Source: Hamiltosporidium tvaerminnensis FI-OER-3-3 (Eukaryota; Fungi; Microsporidia). From it: a DNA stretch of 64,000 nucleotides. Each line of letters begins with the position of its first letter. Within the stretch, counting starts at the first letter, position 1. Positions 12,050-26,700 of this stretch are shown here, piece by piece. The stretch lies in assembly GCA_022605425.2 (NCBI GenBank), contig JAKIMF020000011.1, positions 124,001 through 188,000 on the forward strand. The letters run 5' to 3'. The position numbers were made by a program, and so were the translations under genes. Below the pieces are notes generated by a model, which was not told the DNA's origin, did no database searches, and worked only from the letters and a program-made list of their open reading frames with translations.

Positions 12050-14510
12050 TGTTATTAGGTTCCTAATATATTTCTTCTTTAATATGCTTTTTTCCATTTT
12101 TTTATTTCCTGTTTTGTTTGTGTGAATTTGCTTAAATTATTATTCTACTACGTTATTATTTTAACAATCACTTTAGTATGGTATCATTTTTACGACCAAC
12201 CATTTTTTTTCATTTGCTATGTTACTCGACACTCATGCAAACAGTTTTTCCTCAACTAAAGCAAATCTGGTTAATTTAATCTTTGATTTAGAGATTATAG
12301 TTACTTTTTTAGAACTAATGTATAATTTTATCTTTTTTTGAGAAATTTATATTTATTTTATATTCAGGTTTCATAAAATTTCTTATTTTATATCATTATG
12401 TTATATTTTGATATATAATTAAGTTTTACCTCTTCTTATATGATTTTAAGGAGTTAAGCCTAATAGACTTTTAAAATTAACCATAATTGGAAGTTTTTGT
12501 GTGTAAGGTATTTTTTGTTTTTTTATGCTTATTACGAACATTCGGACAATTAAAAACATAACTCATTATCTAAAACGAATATTTTTTTTATCTTGATCAT
12601 AATACGTTGTGTTCGATCTAAATATGACTGTATTAAATTTTGTGAAATTGTTTTTAGAAGCCTTCAATATATTGTCTGAAACATTAATCATATATGGGGT
12701 TTATGCGTAACTATAGATTTCTATATAACCTTATACTTTTTACTTTTTCTTAATTGATGCAATCTTTAATAGCGTTTAATTATATAGTATTGTTTATGTT
12801 ACTTAAAAAGAAACTAAATCTAATATAAAGAAAGATAATGTGTTAAGGTGTATCTATATCTTATATATAATACTTTAATGAGAATATATATGAAAAAATA
12901 TATTATTGCTTTTTTTGAAACGGATATGATATTATTTAGATTTATACAGACATTAATTTTTGATTCATATGCAAAACAATCTATATAATAATTTAAAAAT
13001 TTGATTCGTCTCAATATATCCATATAAATAAATATTTTGTTTCATAATATATAGCCAGTGTGAACCAGATTAGTTGTTATTAATATAAATGTATTAAATA
13101 TTTTGATTTTGTAAATTATTTTTATTAGACTATACATTATTGCATTGAAAAGATCTAAAGAATGAAATTTAGATAAAAAATATAATACATTAAAATGTTT
13201 TGAAATGATAACTATATTTTTATTATACTACTTCTATATTAAAACTAATTTAAATAACAGTTTATACATTACTTATTATACAATTTTAATTTTATTTATT
13301 CGTCTACCTAGTTTAGAGATAATTGCTTACTAATTTTTAAATAGTATGGTTATATGTATTTTTTTAGTTTTCTTAGATATTTAACTTGTTTACAAAGCAA
13401 TACGTTTACCACAAAAAATAATTTAATGAAAACCTAAATTAGGTAAAATTTTTGTTATGGTATAAAGATAAAATAAATCAAAAACATAAATTATAAATGT
13501 AATAAAGTATAATTTAAATTAATTGACTCATTTTTCTAGAATATTTCTTTTATATTTTTCTTAATAGATATAAAGCTTCGAAGAAATCTCCTAAAAATGA
13601 AGAACTAATTATACAAAGGTGAATTACAAAATATTTGTAACATTTGAAATGTAAATATATTTATAGTTGAATATTAATGTATGAAGACCAAAAAAGAATA
13701 TTAGTTATATGAAATTATTCATATATTATAATGAATGTAAAATTCCTAAGATAATCTTTGTTGATTTGTAGATTATCATATCAAATTTATGACTTGTCTA
13801 ATTAAAATATAAAATGAAAGACAATTGTTTATTAAAAATTACAAAAACTAAATAGATCGCGTTTTTAATCCTTAGCATCTTCTATAGGTGACTTAAGACA
13901 ATCTTCCTATGAAAGTTCCGAGATAATTTTTATCTTGAGATATAAATCTTGATGTTGAAGCCATAGAATTAATACACGATTAACTTATATATTACTAGAA
14001 TATTTAGACATGAATTTTCTATCTTACATCGTTTGAGTTGATTTATATTCTAAAAGAAACATATTTCTAATTATTTCCATAGTTTCCTACTATGATTCAA
14101 AGAGCGTGTGAAAGAACTCAACCGATCTTGACTAAAGTCAGAATTACCTAAATAAATGAATTCATTTATTAAGAATATATTGGTAGGTAATAACCCTATC
14201 AAGATCATTAACTTAAATTGTCATAATCGAAATTCAAAAAGTCCAAATATTGGACAGAATTGGATATTAGAAAAGATTCGGTGGGAATGTTTACCATAAA
14301 AAAAAGATAAAATAATATCCTGTAGTTACAGTTAATCTTTTTAAATTTTAATAACTTTAATTCACTTTTATGACAATACGTTAGTCATTTAAATTTTCTT
14401 GACCTATTTGAATTAAACTTACAAAAAAACTGGTTTTATTTTATGGTTAATGCGTGAGGTATAGCATCTATACTAGAGTTGTGTTCTTTTTAAAAAAATG
14501 GGGTTTCCTA
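12050..14510. repeat. Dispersed repeat family R, copy 2
   Basis: Core at ~12430-12740. Right-end motif TGCGTGAGGTATAGCATCTA at ~14450 is homologous to the right ends of copies 1, 4 and 5. Confidence 0.8.
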
Positions 14511-15507
14511 AACTATAAGTAATTTTAAAGCATTGAAAAACATGTTAAGGAATGTAAAATGAATTTTTCTAACTTGAAATTAAATCCAAATGAAGTATGG
14601 AAATTCAGGGAGATTTATTTAAGCTCATAGATAAATAGTAAATGGGTTCGACGAAATAAAATGAACTGGTTTATTGCATAATTTAGTGTAGGAAACCCAA
14701 AAAGGTTATAAAATATTATTTATGTAAAGGAGATAAGAATCGGTTTACACTTACTCTTAATATATATTTATGAAAGTTAAGGAATATTGAATTATTTACT
14801 TTATACAATTCAGAAAAAATATTTTAATGCTAGCCTAATCTGTGAAAAAAACGTATGAGGAAGATCGGGAAAATTGAAGTATTTTTTCCCAATTTTAATA
14901 AAAAATGTCCGAAGTACTAAGGAAAAGTGCGAAGTAGTTTCCTTGGGATTCACAAAGAAGTATGTAAGCTACGGATAGAGATAGTTAACCTAATTTCGTA
15001 TATCTAGGTTAGGTCGAAATTTATGGGGGAAAGTTACATTCAAACTTAGTTTCGAAGTTTCTTTTTTGGCTTTCTTCAATTTAAAAGATTCTCTCTAACT
15101 TTGTAAGGTCATTTTACTGTGGATCTAGTTTTCATAAGGATGTTTATATAGATTAGAAACTAGAAGAGTAACTACTTCACCTTGTAGATCATTTTAAAAT
15201 ACAAAATTAAGAAACTACACTTCTTTTTTAAAATTATCGCAAGTAAAATATTTTTATTCTCAAAATACGGAATGTTTTAACTAATTAATAGAAAAATGAC
15301 TTGTTTTAGTATTTTTTAATTTTAAATATCGTTAATATGTTTTTCCTATACCAAAAACCCATATGTGTTTTTAGATTTTTCAGAACACAAAACAAAAATG
15401 TAAAGAAATAAAAATAAATTCCGATTTTTTCTCTAAAAAGGGAAACAAAGTAGTATTTCCCAGGACTACAACACTGTGTCAGTTCTATACAAAATATAAA
15501 AGGTTTC

Positions 15508-15610
15508 ATCATTTCTATTCTGAAATGAAAATCTGTATAGTTTCCAAACTTTAGTTATGGAGTAATATAGTTTGGAAACTAAACGATATTACATTCAATA
15601 TATAAATGAT
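15508..15610. repeat. Imperfect ~100-bp palindrome (hairpin/MITE-like)
   Basis: TAGTTTCCAAACT (15538-15550) and AGTTTGGAAACTA (15569-15581) are perfect 13-bp inverted arms. Looser pairing extends out to ATCATTT/AAATGAT. Confidence 0.55.
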
Positions 15611-17849
15611 TAAAATAAAATTAAAACTTGATTGAATTATAATTTCGTTTTAATAATATTTCAACTGTAACTAAGTACGAAATATTTTTTGGTGGAGTTG
15701 AATTTAAAGTACTATTTATAATTCATAAATAAAATAAAATTGAATTTCTTATATGTTACTTTTTTCCATCTTTGTATTTTTAAATATATTATTTTTTTTG
15801 TTTTATTCTTCTTAATATATCTTATGATTACTGTCCCACATAAGAACCTACCTAAACCTAAGAAAAAACTAAAGATAAATTACTTTGTTTTCTTTGTAAA
15901 AAAATGTCATGAACAATTTTTGTGAGATAGTTAAAAAATAGAAATCAAAGCAATGATTGTATTCAGATGTCTTTATGTTTGCTTTAATTTTAGAGTGGTT
16001 TTTTGATAGTTTTAGATGAAAACAACACGTAAAAGCACCTTGAGAAGCTCAGTGCCTTGAAAGATACAAATGTTTTGAAAAAGAATCAGTGGAAAAAAGA
16101 GTTGAGAGAAGCGATAACACTGTTTATAATTTATCTTAAAAGATATTACCACATAGATATGTATCCCGATGCTATATTCTCTTGAAATATTTAAATTTGG
16201 ATAGCATAATGTGATAATTCAATTTAAGATTTGAAATTAAATACCGGAAAGAAAATAATTTATTTATCAATTTATTAAATGCTTTTTTTGTTTTATAATA
16301 TATTTTTGTATTTTGATTTAAATTTGTTTAATTTTTCTGATTTTCATAAAATAAGTTCTGAATTATGGTGTTCAAAGAAAAAAATGAATTAAATTTCATA
16401 TTTCAAACGATTATTCATTTTTTTATTGTTTTTAGTTGAATTTTATGCTAAGAAAACTGAAAATTAAATATATTTATTTATCATTTTTGTATATTTTAGT
16501 AATATAAGTATTTGTTGAGTGATAAAATTTATGAAAAAGAATAAAGGGAATTAATCGTATTATTCAAAAAAATAATTTCAAAATCATTCTTATATCTTAA
16601 GTGTTGAAAGAACAGAATACTCATATATTTAATTAAACATTTTACAAATTTGTTCAATTTTATTTTATAAAACTATAAAAATCGAGTGGTATAATTATTC
16701 TTCCTATCTTAAGATATGAAAAAGGCTGATATATCCAATGCTTGATTTCTATTAGTACTTTTATATGGTATATTCTTATTTTATTTAATTTTAATTTGTG
16801 ATTAAGTTATTTAATAATTTTTCATTCTAAGTATAGCAAAATCCAATAAATTCAAATATATTATACATTTAATCGTTATAATGACCCTCAATTTTATTTA
16901 ATTATATAAAATTAATTGTGTATCATTTTAAAAGTGGTATACATATTTTTTAAGTTCTAAATGTATTAGGTTTTATTTTGAATTACAAAATTTGTAAAAA
17001 TAATAGAAAATAGTAGAAATTAAAAAATGTAATAAAAAAAAATTAAACTTTATTTAAAATATATCATACATGAATATATAGAATGTCTATATTTAGAACA
17101 GTGTTTATATTTTAAAGATTCATATCGAAATGGATTTTTTTTCGGATTTAATTTGTTGATAAAATGAGACATATGTAAGATTTTATCGAATAATTATAGA
17201 ACAAAAAAAAACTAAGAATGTTCAGTTACTTATAAATCTATGGATACTGTATTGTAAACATCTAAATATAAGTTTTTTAAAGAAATTGGAAGGTGAATCT
17301 TTTTATTCAAATTTCTTCGGGTACGGATATCATTCGATATTATAAGGTAAAGTAAATGTGTGAAAATATTTTAGTTTGTTTCAAATAAAAGTTTTGAATT
17401 AGTAGTATTTCAGTTTGTGCATCCGTATTAAATTTATATTTTTTGATTCGAAATGCGTTTTCTTTGGAATAAATTGATATAATGTCTAAAATATTCTAAT
17501 TTATGTATAAGAATGTAATATAGTTGTTAAAAAAAATTAAAGAAATTTTAACTGCAATGAAATAGACTTTGGGTTAAATAATATTTGGTATAAGATAAAT
17601 TTAAATAATTTTTTCTTCTCTAAGTATTTAAAAGTACGTCTCATAAGGCATTAAAAATATATACAAGAAAAAATAGTAATTAAAGCTAATCTTTTATTTA
17701 AATAACAAATAATATAACATTTAAATAAAGTAAATGTATTTATACGAAATAATATTTTTAAGTATAATCACAATGCAGGGTAGTCTTGTACTATTTAAGT
17801 TACTTTATTTTTCTAAAATTACGTGAAAGGTTTTAAAATAATAGTTCTA

Positions 17850-20800
17850 TATATACTAGCGATAATTTCGAGTCATATAAATATTTTTGATAATTATTGT
17901 GATCTAAACTACAATTTATGCTTTATTTATCTATAGTATTAAATTAAGGTTATTTATAGCTTTTAAAATATTAAATTCGTGTTTTGAAGATATGACTCTA
18001 TTACATTTTAATTTATTTTACCTTCCATTCCTTTTTTACGTTAAATATTGTAGTTTTTTAATTGTTTAGATTTATTTTTTTCTAGTTTAGCATTTTTAGT
18101 TATAACTAGTTCATTTGAATTTATTTAATTAGATAAATCTTTATCTACTCCTTTTCACCTTTCTTTTTCATTTTATTCGAATCTACTTTTTTTAAATTTT
18201 TTTAAGAGCATTCGTCTGTTTTTTATTTGTCGTTCTACTTTGATACTTGCACAAGCAGTTTTTCTATTTATAAAACAAGTATATTTATTCCAACATTTGA
18301 GTTTTAGAATAAAGTAAAGAATATATTTTTAAAAAATGTCTAATTTTATCTTGTTTGGATAGATTTATATTTATTTTTAATTTATTGTTCTTCAAATTTC
18401 TTATTAAATATCATTATGTTATATTTAAATATATGACAAAGTTTTATCTATTCTTATATGATTTTAAGGGGTTAAGCTTAATAGACTTATAAAATTAACC
18501 ATAATTGGAAGTTTTTGTGTGTAAGGTATTGGTTGTTTTTTTATGCGTATTACGAACATCCGGACAATTAAAAACTTAACTCATTATCTAAAAATAAGAT
18601 TTTTTTATCTTGGTCATAATATGTTGTGTTCGATCTAAATATGACAGTATTAAATTTCGTGAAATTGTTTTTAAAAGCATTCAATATATTGATGGAAACA
18701 TTAATCATATATGGGATTTATGCGTAACTCTGGATTTCTATATAACCTCATATTAGATACTTTCTCGAAAATTGAGCGAACTGCTAGGTATTATGTATGC
18801 ATTGCTTCTTTAGCACAAAAAAATACAAATATAATATGAAAGAAAGATATACAAGTGAAAAGGGTATTTGAATTTCATTTATACTACTTTTACGAAAATT
18901 TAGGAGTTTTGTAATATATTATTGCTATTATCAATATTGATGTGATATTCTCCCGATCTATACAGACATTGATTTTTTATTCATATAACTATAAACCATA
19001 TAAATTGATTCAATTTTTAGTTCGCCTTAATATATCCATATAAAAAAATTTTTTGTTTTTTACTATGTAGGCTTAATATACTGACTTAAATTATTTTTAT
19101 TATAAGTATATTGATTGCTTTTAATCATGTTAGGTCTTTTTTTTGGAAATATAGTATACAGTAAGATATACAAAATAGATTAAAATAAAATCATAATACG
19201 ATAAATTCTCTTGATTGAAAACTTGATTTCTATTATACTACTTATATATTAAAACCAATTTCAATAAAAGTTTTTACATAAATATATGCAAATTTTAATT
19301 TTCTTAACCTATTCTTTTGTTCAAACAAAATTCTACAACTAATTCTTAAAATATTTTAATTTTGTATTTTTTTTCGTGTTAAACTTGTAAATTAAGTCGT
19401 ACATACAATACAAAAAATATTTGAAGTATAGAATATTTTACCTGATATTTTAATTTATTTTAAAAATAGGTAAATCTTAAATAAATTTGTTTATTTCAAA
19501 CTAAATTAAATACTCGTTTTTTACATATGCCTAATATATATATTTCTTGTTTATATGCAAAGCTACGAATTAATTTTCAAACTTTTCAGAAATTCATTTG
19601 AATAAAGTAATATACTAGAATCGTTGATACATTGATTTCAAAATGTATTTATAAACGAATATTATATAACTTTATTTAAAAATATCACATCTTTTTACAA
19701 TAGTGGCAAGTGTTATATTTGTTTTCATGACATTAACGCAGTTCTAGGTTTAACATAAATGACTGCTACCCCAACACTCCACCGGTAACCCCTGCGATAC
19801 CTACGTCCCAAAGCCTTTCATCTACCAGGTGTGTAGAACCTAATTTAATAGGCGAGGCAGTTGCCCGGAGTTCGTTAATGTCCGTTGCATGGTGTGTGAT
19901 CGAAGGCCGAAGCCCCCCCTGGGCTCCCCCAAGACTATGCAGCATTCCCACTTACTCTACACTTTCTGAACCCAATAAACTTCTAGCTAAGATATATTTC
20001 AGAGACTTACATGGGGTCCACCTAGACAGTGCAATGTCATACCAACAGGTATAACCTGCTACTTAGCTCTCCCGGCTTTTAATGGGTTTTATTTTTATAT
20101 CTCCCGGGCGCTAAGTCTTCTAACCCGAGTGAGCAAGGCTAGTTTCCATGCTTTTACATGGCGATTACCTACATGTTCAGCTGCGGTCTGCAATCTGGTT
20201 ACATAAAAAACTACAAATAAATTTGTAGAAAAATTTTCTCCATTTCTTAGACCTCTCCTCTTTATAACAACTCCCATGGAACAACCGAAGATGTAGTGTG
20301 GTTAATTCCCACCAAAAATCCAAACAATGATCTCACAACAGTTTCACACACTCATTGCCAAGCAGAAAGTTTTTTATGTGGTTATCCTCCCTCCACCATA
20401 AACGAATATTATATTATAATAATTAAAAAATAAAGTATGTTTGTGAAAGTAGACGTCTATTCTAATTCACTAAATAAAATTTTTGATTGAGTTTGTTGTT
20501 CAAATATAATATTATCAAATCATGATTTGTACACTTAAAATTTAAAAAGAACACAATTAGACATTCAAAACTTTAATAGGTATGATTAATCTTGGATTTT
20601 TTAAGTTTTGGTATCATCTAAGTGTGACTTAGCACTATCTTATTATTGAACTTCTATTACCTAATGAACTGTAAAAGATTTAATCTAAATCAGAGCAAAA
20701 TAACTGTTCCACAATACTAAATATATTTTTCAAAAAAATCGCAGCAAATTTATACTTTTTACACTACCTCAGCTGATTTGTATCATGAAAAGTGTATGTA

Positions 20801-20890
20801 AAATTTTTTAATATTTAGCTCCTATGGAATTCAAGCGGCAATGTGTAAGAACTCAAGCGATTTTATCTAGGTCGGATTTAACGAAAAAAT
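17850..20890. repeat. Dispersed repeat family R, copy 3 (interrupted by the SINE-like insertion)
   Basis: Core at ~18450-18780. The sequence on both sides of 19668-20397 is colinear with uninterrupted copy 6 (54240-54480). Confidence 0.8.
19668..20397 (-). mobile_element. 730-bp SINE-like non-autonomous retroelement with a 17-bp target-site duplication
   Basis: Exact direct repeat ATAAACGAATATTATAT at 19651-19667 and 20398-20414. A single (empty) homologous site is at 54246-54262. GC content is clearly higher than in the flanks. The minus-strand 3' end TTTTTAAATAAAGTT matches the LINE tail at 61890-61901. No credible ORF. Confidence 0.85.
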
Positions 20891-21699
20891 AAAACTCGAG
20901 CACTTAGTAAAATTTATAAATAATTTTACAAATAACAGACACACCTGTTTCATAAACTCTGAGACCAAAAATTACCTTCATATACAGATTTATCTATTCG
21001 CAAATTCTCGGAGTAAATAACGATATGAAAATTATATCCATAGACAATTTTGTTTTGTTTAAACTTATACCCAATAAAAAACCAATAACTATAGTTAAGC
21101 ATTAATCATAATACTTTTTTATTTAAATAATCGCTTTCATTTTTTTTCTATAACTACACACGCAATAGTTATGATATATAAATGACTCTGATCTTATGAA
21201 AAATTCCGGTCTTTTGAATAAATGGGTAATTTCTACGATTTATTTATTCCGCAGTGAAATTTGAATTATCTATTTTAAGATATAGCAAACCTTATTGAAT
21301 ATATTAATGAATTAAAACTATACTAACATGTATTATAAAGATCGATTGAATTTCTTTGGTTGAAATGGAAGACTTTTGTTTTGCTAAACAAAATATTTTT
21401 CGTGAGAATATTTCAAAAATAATTCAAGAATCAAGAAATATATCAAAGCGTTTAATCCAAGGAATTAAGAATGTTAAATTTAATAAAAGAAATCCTCGGA
21501 TATTAAACTAAGAAATATAAATAAACTAATTGCAACGGATTGAAATATAATATTAGATACGAACGAATAACAAAGAGAACAATTAAATAAACCAGGGAGT
21601 GTAAAGATTAATTTAGAAATTGAATTTTTTTATATGAATCCAGATATTTCAAAGATAATATAAGCCAAATTTTAAAATATTTTATTTACTTTCTTTAAA

Positions 21700-22230
21700 A
21701 CATAAAGTTTCTTTAATTCCTCTTCATTACAAACCCAGCCAATATTTCAGCCTTTTCTGAAATCAATTCCAAGGGATTATGAAGTAATTTTCTTCAATTA
21801 AAATCTTCTGGCATTCAAAATATATCATTTGCATTTTTAAATTCAATTTATTGAAAATATTCGAATTACGTATTTCGATTTCACCACTAAAAAATATTTC
21901 ATAGGAATTAGATTACTTGACACACAAAACTTCCTTTTTTTACATCTCAACAACGATACATGCTTTTGGTTCTACCACCAACAAAAATTTCCAAATTGTG
22001 TTCGGTTGTAGCCGAGATTGCAAATGTGATCTTGCTAACTGTTGATATATATTTCAAAATTCTTCAAAATTTCCAAATACTTTTCATAAAACCCTAGCTT
22101 TGATTCTAGGCCAATATAAACGGCCGTGTGTATCAAACTGCTTACTCGCCCCTAGCCATGCCTCTTTCGTCTTTTCCGAGTAAGTGGTACGAGAAATTTT
22201 GCACAAATCAAAAAAAGAATCTTTTGATTA
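21700..22230 (-). pseudogene. Possible decayed coding remnant (weak resemblance to a MULE-type transposase C-terminus)
   Basis: One minus frame runs ~160 codons with about 5 stops (SKDSFFDLCKISRTTYSEKTKEAWLGASKQFDTHGRLYWPRIKARVL*...LQPNTIWKFLL). QPNTIWKFL recalls the HPxIWKF motif of MULE-like transposases. Not significant on its own. Confidence 0.2.
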
Positions 22231-23035
22231 AATTCAATATTATATAAAACTGCTTCAAGGTGTAATATAATCAGAGATCAAACTAAATGTTCCAATCATT
22301 TGTTACATACAACTTTAACGATGTTGTACTAGATATCTAGCGACGTAACAATATAATCTAATTATTTTATATCTTAACTATAACTGCGAATAATTCGTAA
22401 CAACAACTTCATTTTGATGGACAATCCATTAAGAAGCAGAGAATATAATAAACACCTTGCATACTCACTGATATAGCCATTACACCCGTTTTCCTCCTTT
22501 TTGTTCGTATTTCTTGAGTTACCTCTTCATTCCAATTTTTTCAATAAAAAAATATTTTGATATCAGAAATATAAGGATAGAAATTTTCAAAATACATACT
22601 GAAATTAAATTGTTTTGAAAACATTCTTTTATTTGCTTTAAACCTAAGAGAAAACATAAAGAATTAAAACATATTTAGGGGCATGTAAATATCTCTAATT
22701 TTTGTTTCCCTGTTTCTAAAATTGAAAAGCGTACCTTTTAAAATTTGATTTTAGTAGATTTGATTCAAATATATGATATGATTATTAAAACATTTTAAAA
22801 AATTTTTATTCTAAATTTTATACATATATTTTTCCTCATTGATTTTCTGTTAAAACGTTTTATTTTTCAATATTATATGGTTATGTTATTCTAATACTTC
22901 GATTTATTTCTAATTCATCGAAAAACCAGTAGCTAAATTTATAAAAACCTTTACATGCACTTTTACTATGCTGAAATCATAAATATTCAAATGTTTTTAT
23001 TTGTAGCGTAAATAATGAATTTAAATTGTATTTTT

Positions 23036-23755
23036 GGTGGTGTGAGGATAGTCACAAAAAAAACATTCTTCTTGGCAATGATTAAGTCAAACTGGTGTGA
23101 AGAAAATATTTTGGATTTTTGGTGTGATAAAAACCACACTACTTCTACGTTTGTTACATGGGTGTTCGTATGAAAAGGAGAAGTTCATAAAATCACGAAA
23201 ATTTTATATTAATATATTTTTGCTTTTTTCTTGTGCTCAATTGTAGACTGCACTTGAACTTATAGATAATATCCATAGAAATTTAAAAATCTAGTCTTAA
23301 AAACTGCTTTAGAAGACTCTGCGAATTGGAAATAGAAAGATAAACCCTTCTAAAACTGAAAAGGGATTGCGTGGGTTATTTATGGTGGTATGACATTGCA
23401 TCTTCGCTGGTTTTTTCGTGTAATTCGCCGAAATATATCTTAGCTAGCTGTTAGTTTATTCGGCACGTGTATATTAAGTTAAAATGCTGCAGGGTATGTA
23501 AAGGTACAATTCGAGTCGGGTTCTATATACAATCACACCTCCGCAACAGATATTAACAAACTCGAAGCAACTAAATTGCTTATTAAATGGGTTCTTAAGC
23601 TATTATATATGAAATGCTTTGGGATTTAGGTATTCTAAAGGTAACGATGGAGTGTTAGGTCCAGTCACTGATGTCAAACCTAGAACTAAGCAATTTTATG
23701 AAAAAGTACAACACTTACTCCTTTATTAAAAATATTGTATAGTTTTAATTCATTT
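23036..23755 (+). mobile_element. Diverged copy of the 730-bp SINE-like element
   Basis: Starts GGTGGTGTGAGGATAGTCAC. Shares CTTGGCAATGA, TTTGGATTTTTGGTG, AACCACACTAC, GGTATGACATTGCA, GAAATATATCTTAGCTAG and AAACCTAGAACT with the reverse complement of 19668-20397, in the same order. Confidence 0.8.
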
Positions 23756-26700
23756 AATGTGTTTTGGTTTATGCAATTATTATATATTTTTCGTTAACGC
23801 TGATATTCAGTTACTTTAAACTTATGTAATATTATTTTTCATTTTACGGTTTATATCATTTAAATTATTATTCTATTTATTTTCACAATTTAAGTTATTT
23901 CACTAAAAAATATGTATTCTAATAAAGAAAGTTCTAGTTGTACTATTTATTTATCGAGCATTATTTCGCAAATAAAATAAATCCTATCGAACTACACTGT
24001 CGTTCTTAATTTGAATATCTCATAGATTCTTTTAGTTTACAGATCTAATTTTATGTTTATTAGCATTCTATTTTTTATCTAATTTTCGGTTTATGTTTAA
24101 AATATATACTTTTCTTACATATTATTTGTATTAATTTTGTTTTTATACTATTTTTCTTAATAACCCAATTTTAAAGGCGTCTAAAATGTTATATAAATCT
24201 TTAAGATAATTATAGCTTATGTGTTTACTTTGATTAATTCACAATAATTTTTTTAAACTTTAAAATTTTGATTTTAAATTCTTTAATATTATGTATAATA
24301 CTATGGAGGTTTTGTAAATGCCTATTTTTTAGATATAATACTTTAGAATGGGTTTTTATTCCTTATTTAATTACCTTTTCTAAAATTTTATTAAGTCATG
24401 TATATTTTTGTAAATTTAAGTTTATTGTGTCTTAGTCTTGGAATTGTAATGTGTCTTACATAGTTAAAAAATCTACTTGTTTTTCTTATATATTTTGCTC
24501 TCGGTATTTTTATATTGGCTTTCAATTAAATACACATAGTTTCGTATATGCGTTATATTAACAAACTATTCCTGATTTATCCTGTACTAGTTTGGAGTAA
24601 ATTTATGTTATATAAAATTTATAAAGTCGTTACTTTAATGTAAATTAGTATATAGTTCGTTATTTATGTTTAAATAAATACTTTTGTTTATAGATGTTAA
24701 AATATAATATTTTTCTTGCATAAAAAGAGATTATATGTTAGATTACAGTTACCGATATTTCTTTCGTACATTTTTTTAGTTTATTATTCATTTTGGCTGT
24801 GTTTTCTTAATTTAAAAATTTACTTATATCAAATTTTTTTTGCTAAAACTCATTTTAGTTATAGCAGTACATACATTTTTTGGTTTTTTGGTTGTTTTTT
24901 TTTCGAAATGACTTTTTTCAATTCTGTTACATTTATTTTACTTCATTCTTTTCTTATTCATTTACAAATTCAGGTCGTTACTTAATCAATCACTTGTTTG
25001 GGTCATATAAAATAATTCAGGTCATTTCAATGATTAATTTATATTTCAAAGCAAGATTTATAGCTAAATAATGTATAAAATTTATGTTATTTGTTCATTT
25101 TATATTCATTTAACTTCAAATTAGTTATTTCATATCAATATATAATATTCGTAAATATAAGTAATTATTTTCTCTTCTGATATTATATTAATATGTTAAC
25201 CCTAATAAACTTATAAAATTTAACATAATTGGAAGTTTTTGTGTGTAAGGTATTGGTTGGTTTTTTATGGTTGTTTGGAACATTCGTACTATTAAAACCC
25301 TAACATAGTATTTAAAAACGAGGTTTTATAATCTTGGTCATAATAAGTTGTGTTCAACCTAAATATGGCTGGATTAAATTTGGTTAACTCGTTTTGAAAA
25401 GCCCGCAGTATATTGTTGGAAACATTAATCATATAAGGGATTCATACGTAACTATAGATTTCAAAATAACCTTTACTATTTACCTTTCCTTAAATTAATC
25501 AAACAGTTATAGCGCATATTATATATGCATTGTTACAACTTCTTAAACACAATATAAAACTAATTAAAAAAAGATATAAATGTAAAAAGTATTCAAATAT
25601 CATGTATAATACTTTCGAGTAATTAATGAGAAATGTAATACTATTGCTTTTGTTGAAATATATATGATATTTTGGGATTTTTAATGGCTTTGATTTACTA
25701 ATATATAATACAATTTATAGTATAATGAACTCTGATATTTGGTTCATTTAAATATAGATAGCAATAAATATTTCATTTTAAACTATATAGTGAGATTTAA
25801 ATAACTTAAATCATTATAATTATACGTATATTAATTCGATTTAAATATGTTAAGTATATTTTTAATTTATATCTAATTTTAAATTAATTAGACTTTTAAA
25901 TAATATATATAGTACAGTAAACTGTCATGAAGTGATACAGAAAACTTTTTATTATGCTACTTCTATATTAAAACCAAATTCTAATAAATACTTTGCATCC
26001 AATTTATGTAAAATTAAGTACTCTTAAGTTATTTGCCTAATTGAAAGAAAATTGTTACAATAATTTTTAAAATAGTTCGTTTGATATATTTTCTTTGGTT
26101 TTTAGATTGTAACTATTTTTATTAAGTATACGTATTAAAACAAGAAATAAAGCCAAAATATAATAATGTAAATAATATTTTGATATGATTATAAGAAAGT
26201 TAAACTTTAATTAAATTTAGTTCGGCTCAAACCCAATTAATATAACTAATTTTTAATATACTTTCTCGTAATTCTATATTAATCTACAATCAAATCTTCC
26301 CAAATTAATGGGCAGTCTATACTATTCCGAAATAAGCAAGGATTATATCATTTTAATATCTAAATATATTTATAGGTGAATATTAATTTAGAAAGATAAG
26401 TATATATTGTCTTATAATTAAAGGAGTCATGAATTTATAATATTACAAATTAAATTTTATGATTATCTTTGTTGATTTATAAATTTTAATATCAAAATTA
26501 CCATTTTTATCATTGAAATATAGAAAAAAAGTCGATAAATTTTTTAAAGTCAAATAAATTATAAAAGGCTGGGTTTTTAATGCAATGGCCTTGGCTTAAG
26601 ATACTTATGACTATTTTGCTATGAAACCTCTGATCTCTTTTAATATGAATAAATATTAAATCTAATATAGAAGCCATAGAAACTTGTGCCACAAACAATT

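Noticed and set aside
14860-15060. Recurrent GAAGTA motifs and an AACCTA/TAGGTT stem suggesting a small Helitron-like element
   Set aside because: Motifs are too short and no second copy in the window defines the ends.
19766-20277. 60-61 aa ORFs inside the SINE-like element
   Set aside because: Short ORFs are expected at this higher GC, and they are not preserved as ORFs in the two other copies.
19668-20397. Solo LTR, tRNA-SINE, hammerhead/HDV ribozyme or telomerase RNA identity
   Set aside because: A 17-bp TSD is incompatible with LTR integration. There are no convincing A/B boxes near the 5' end, no CTGANGA/GAAA hammerhead core, and only a partial CTAACCC match.
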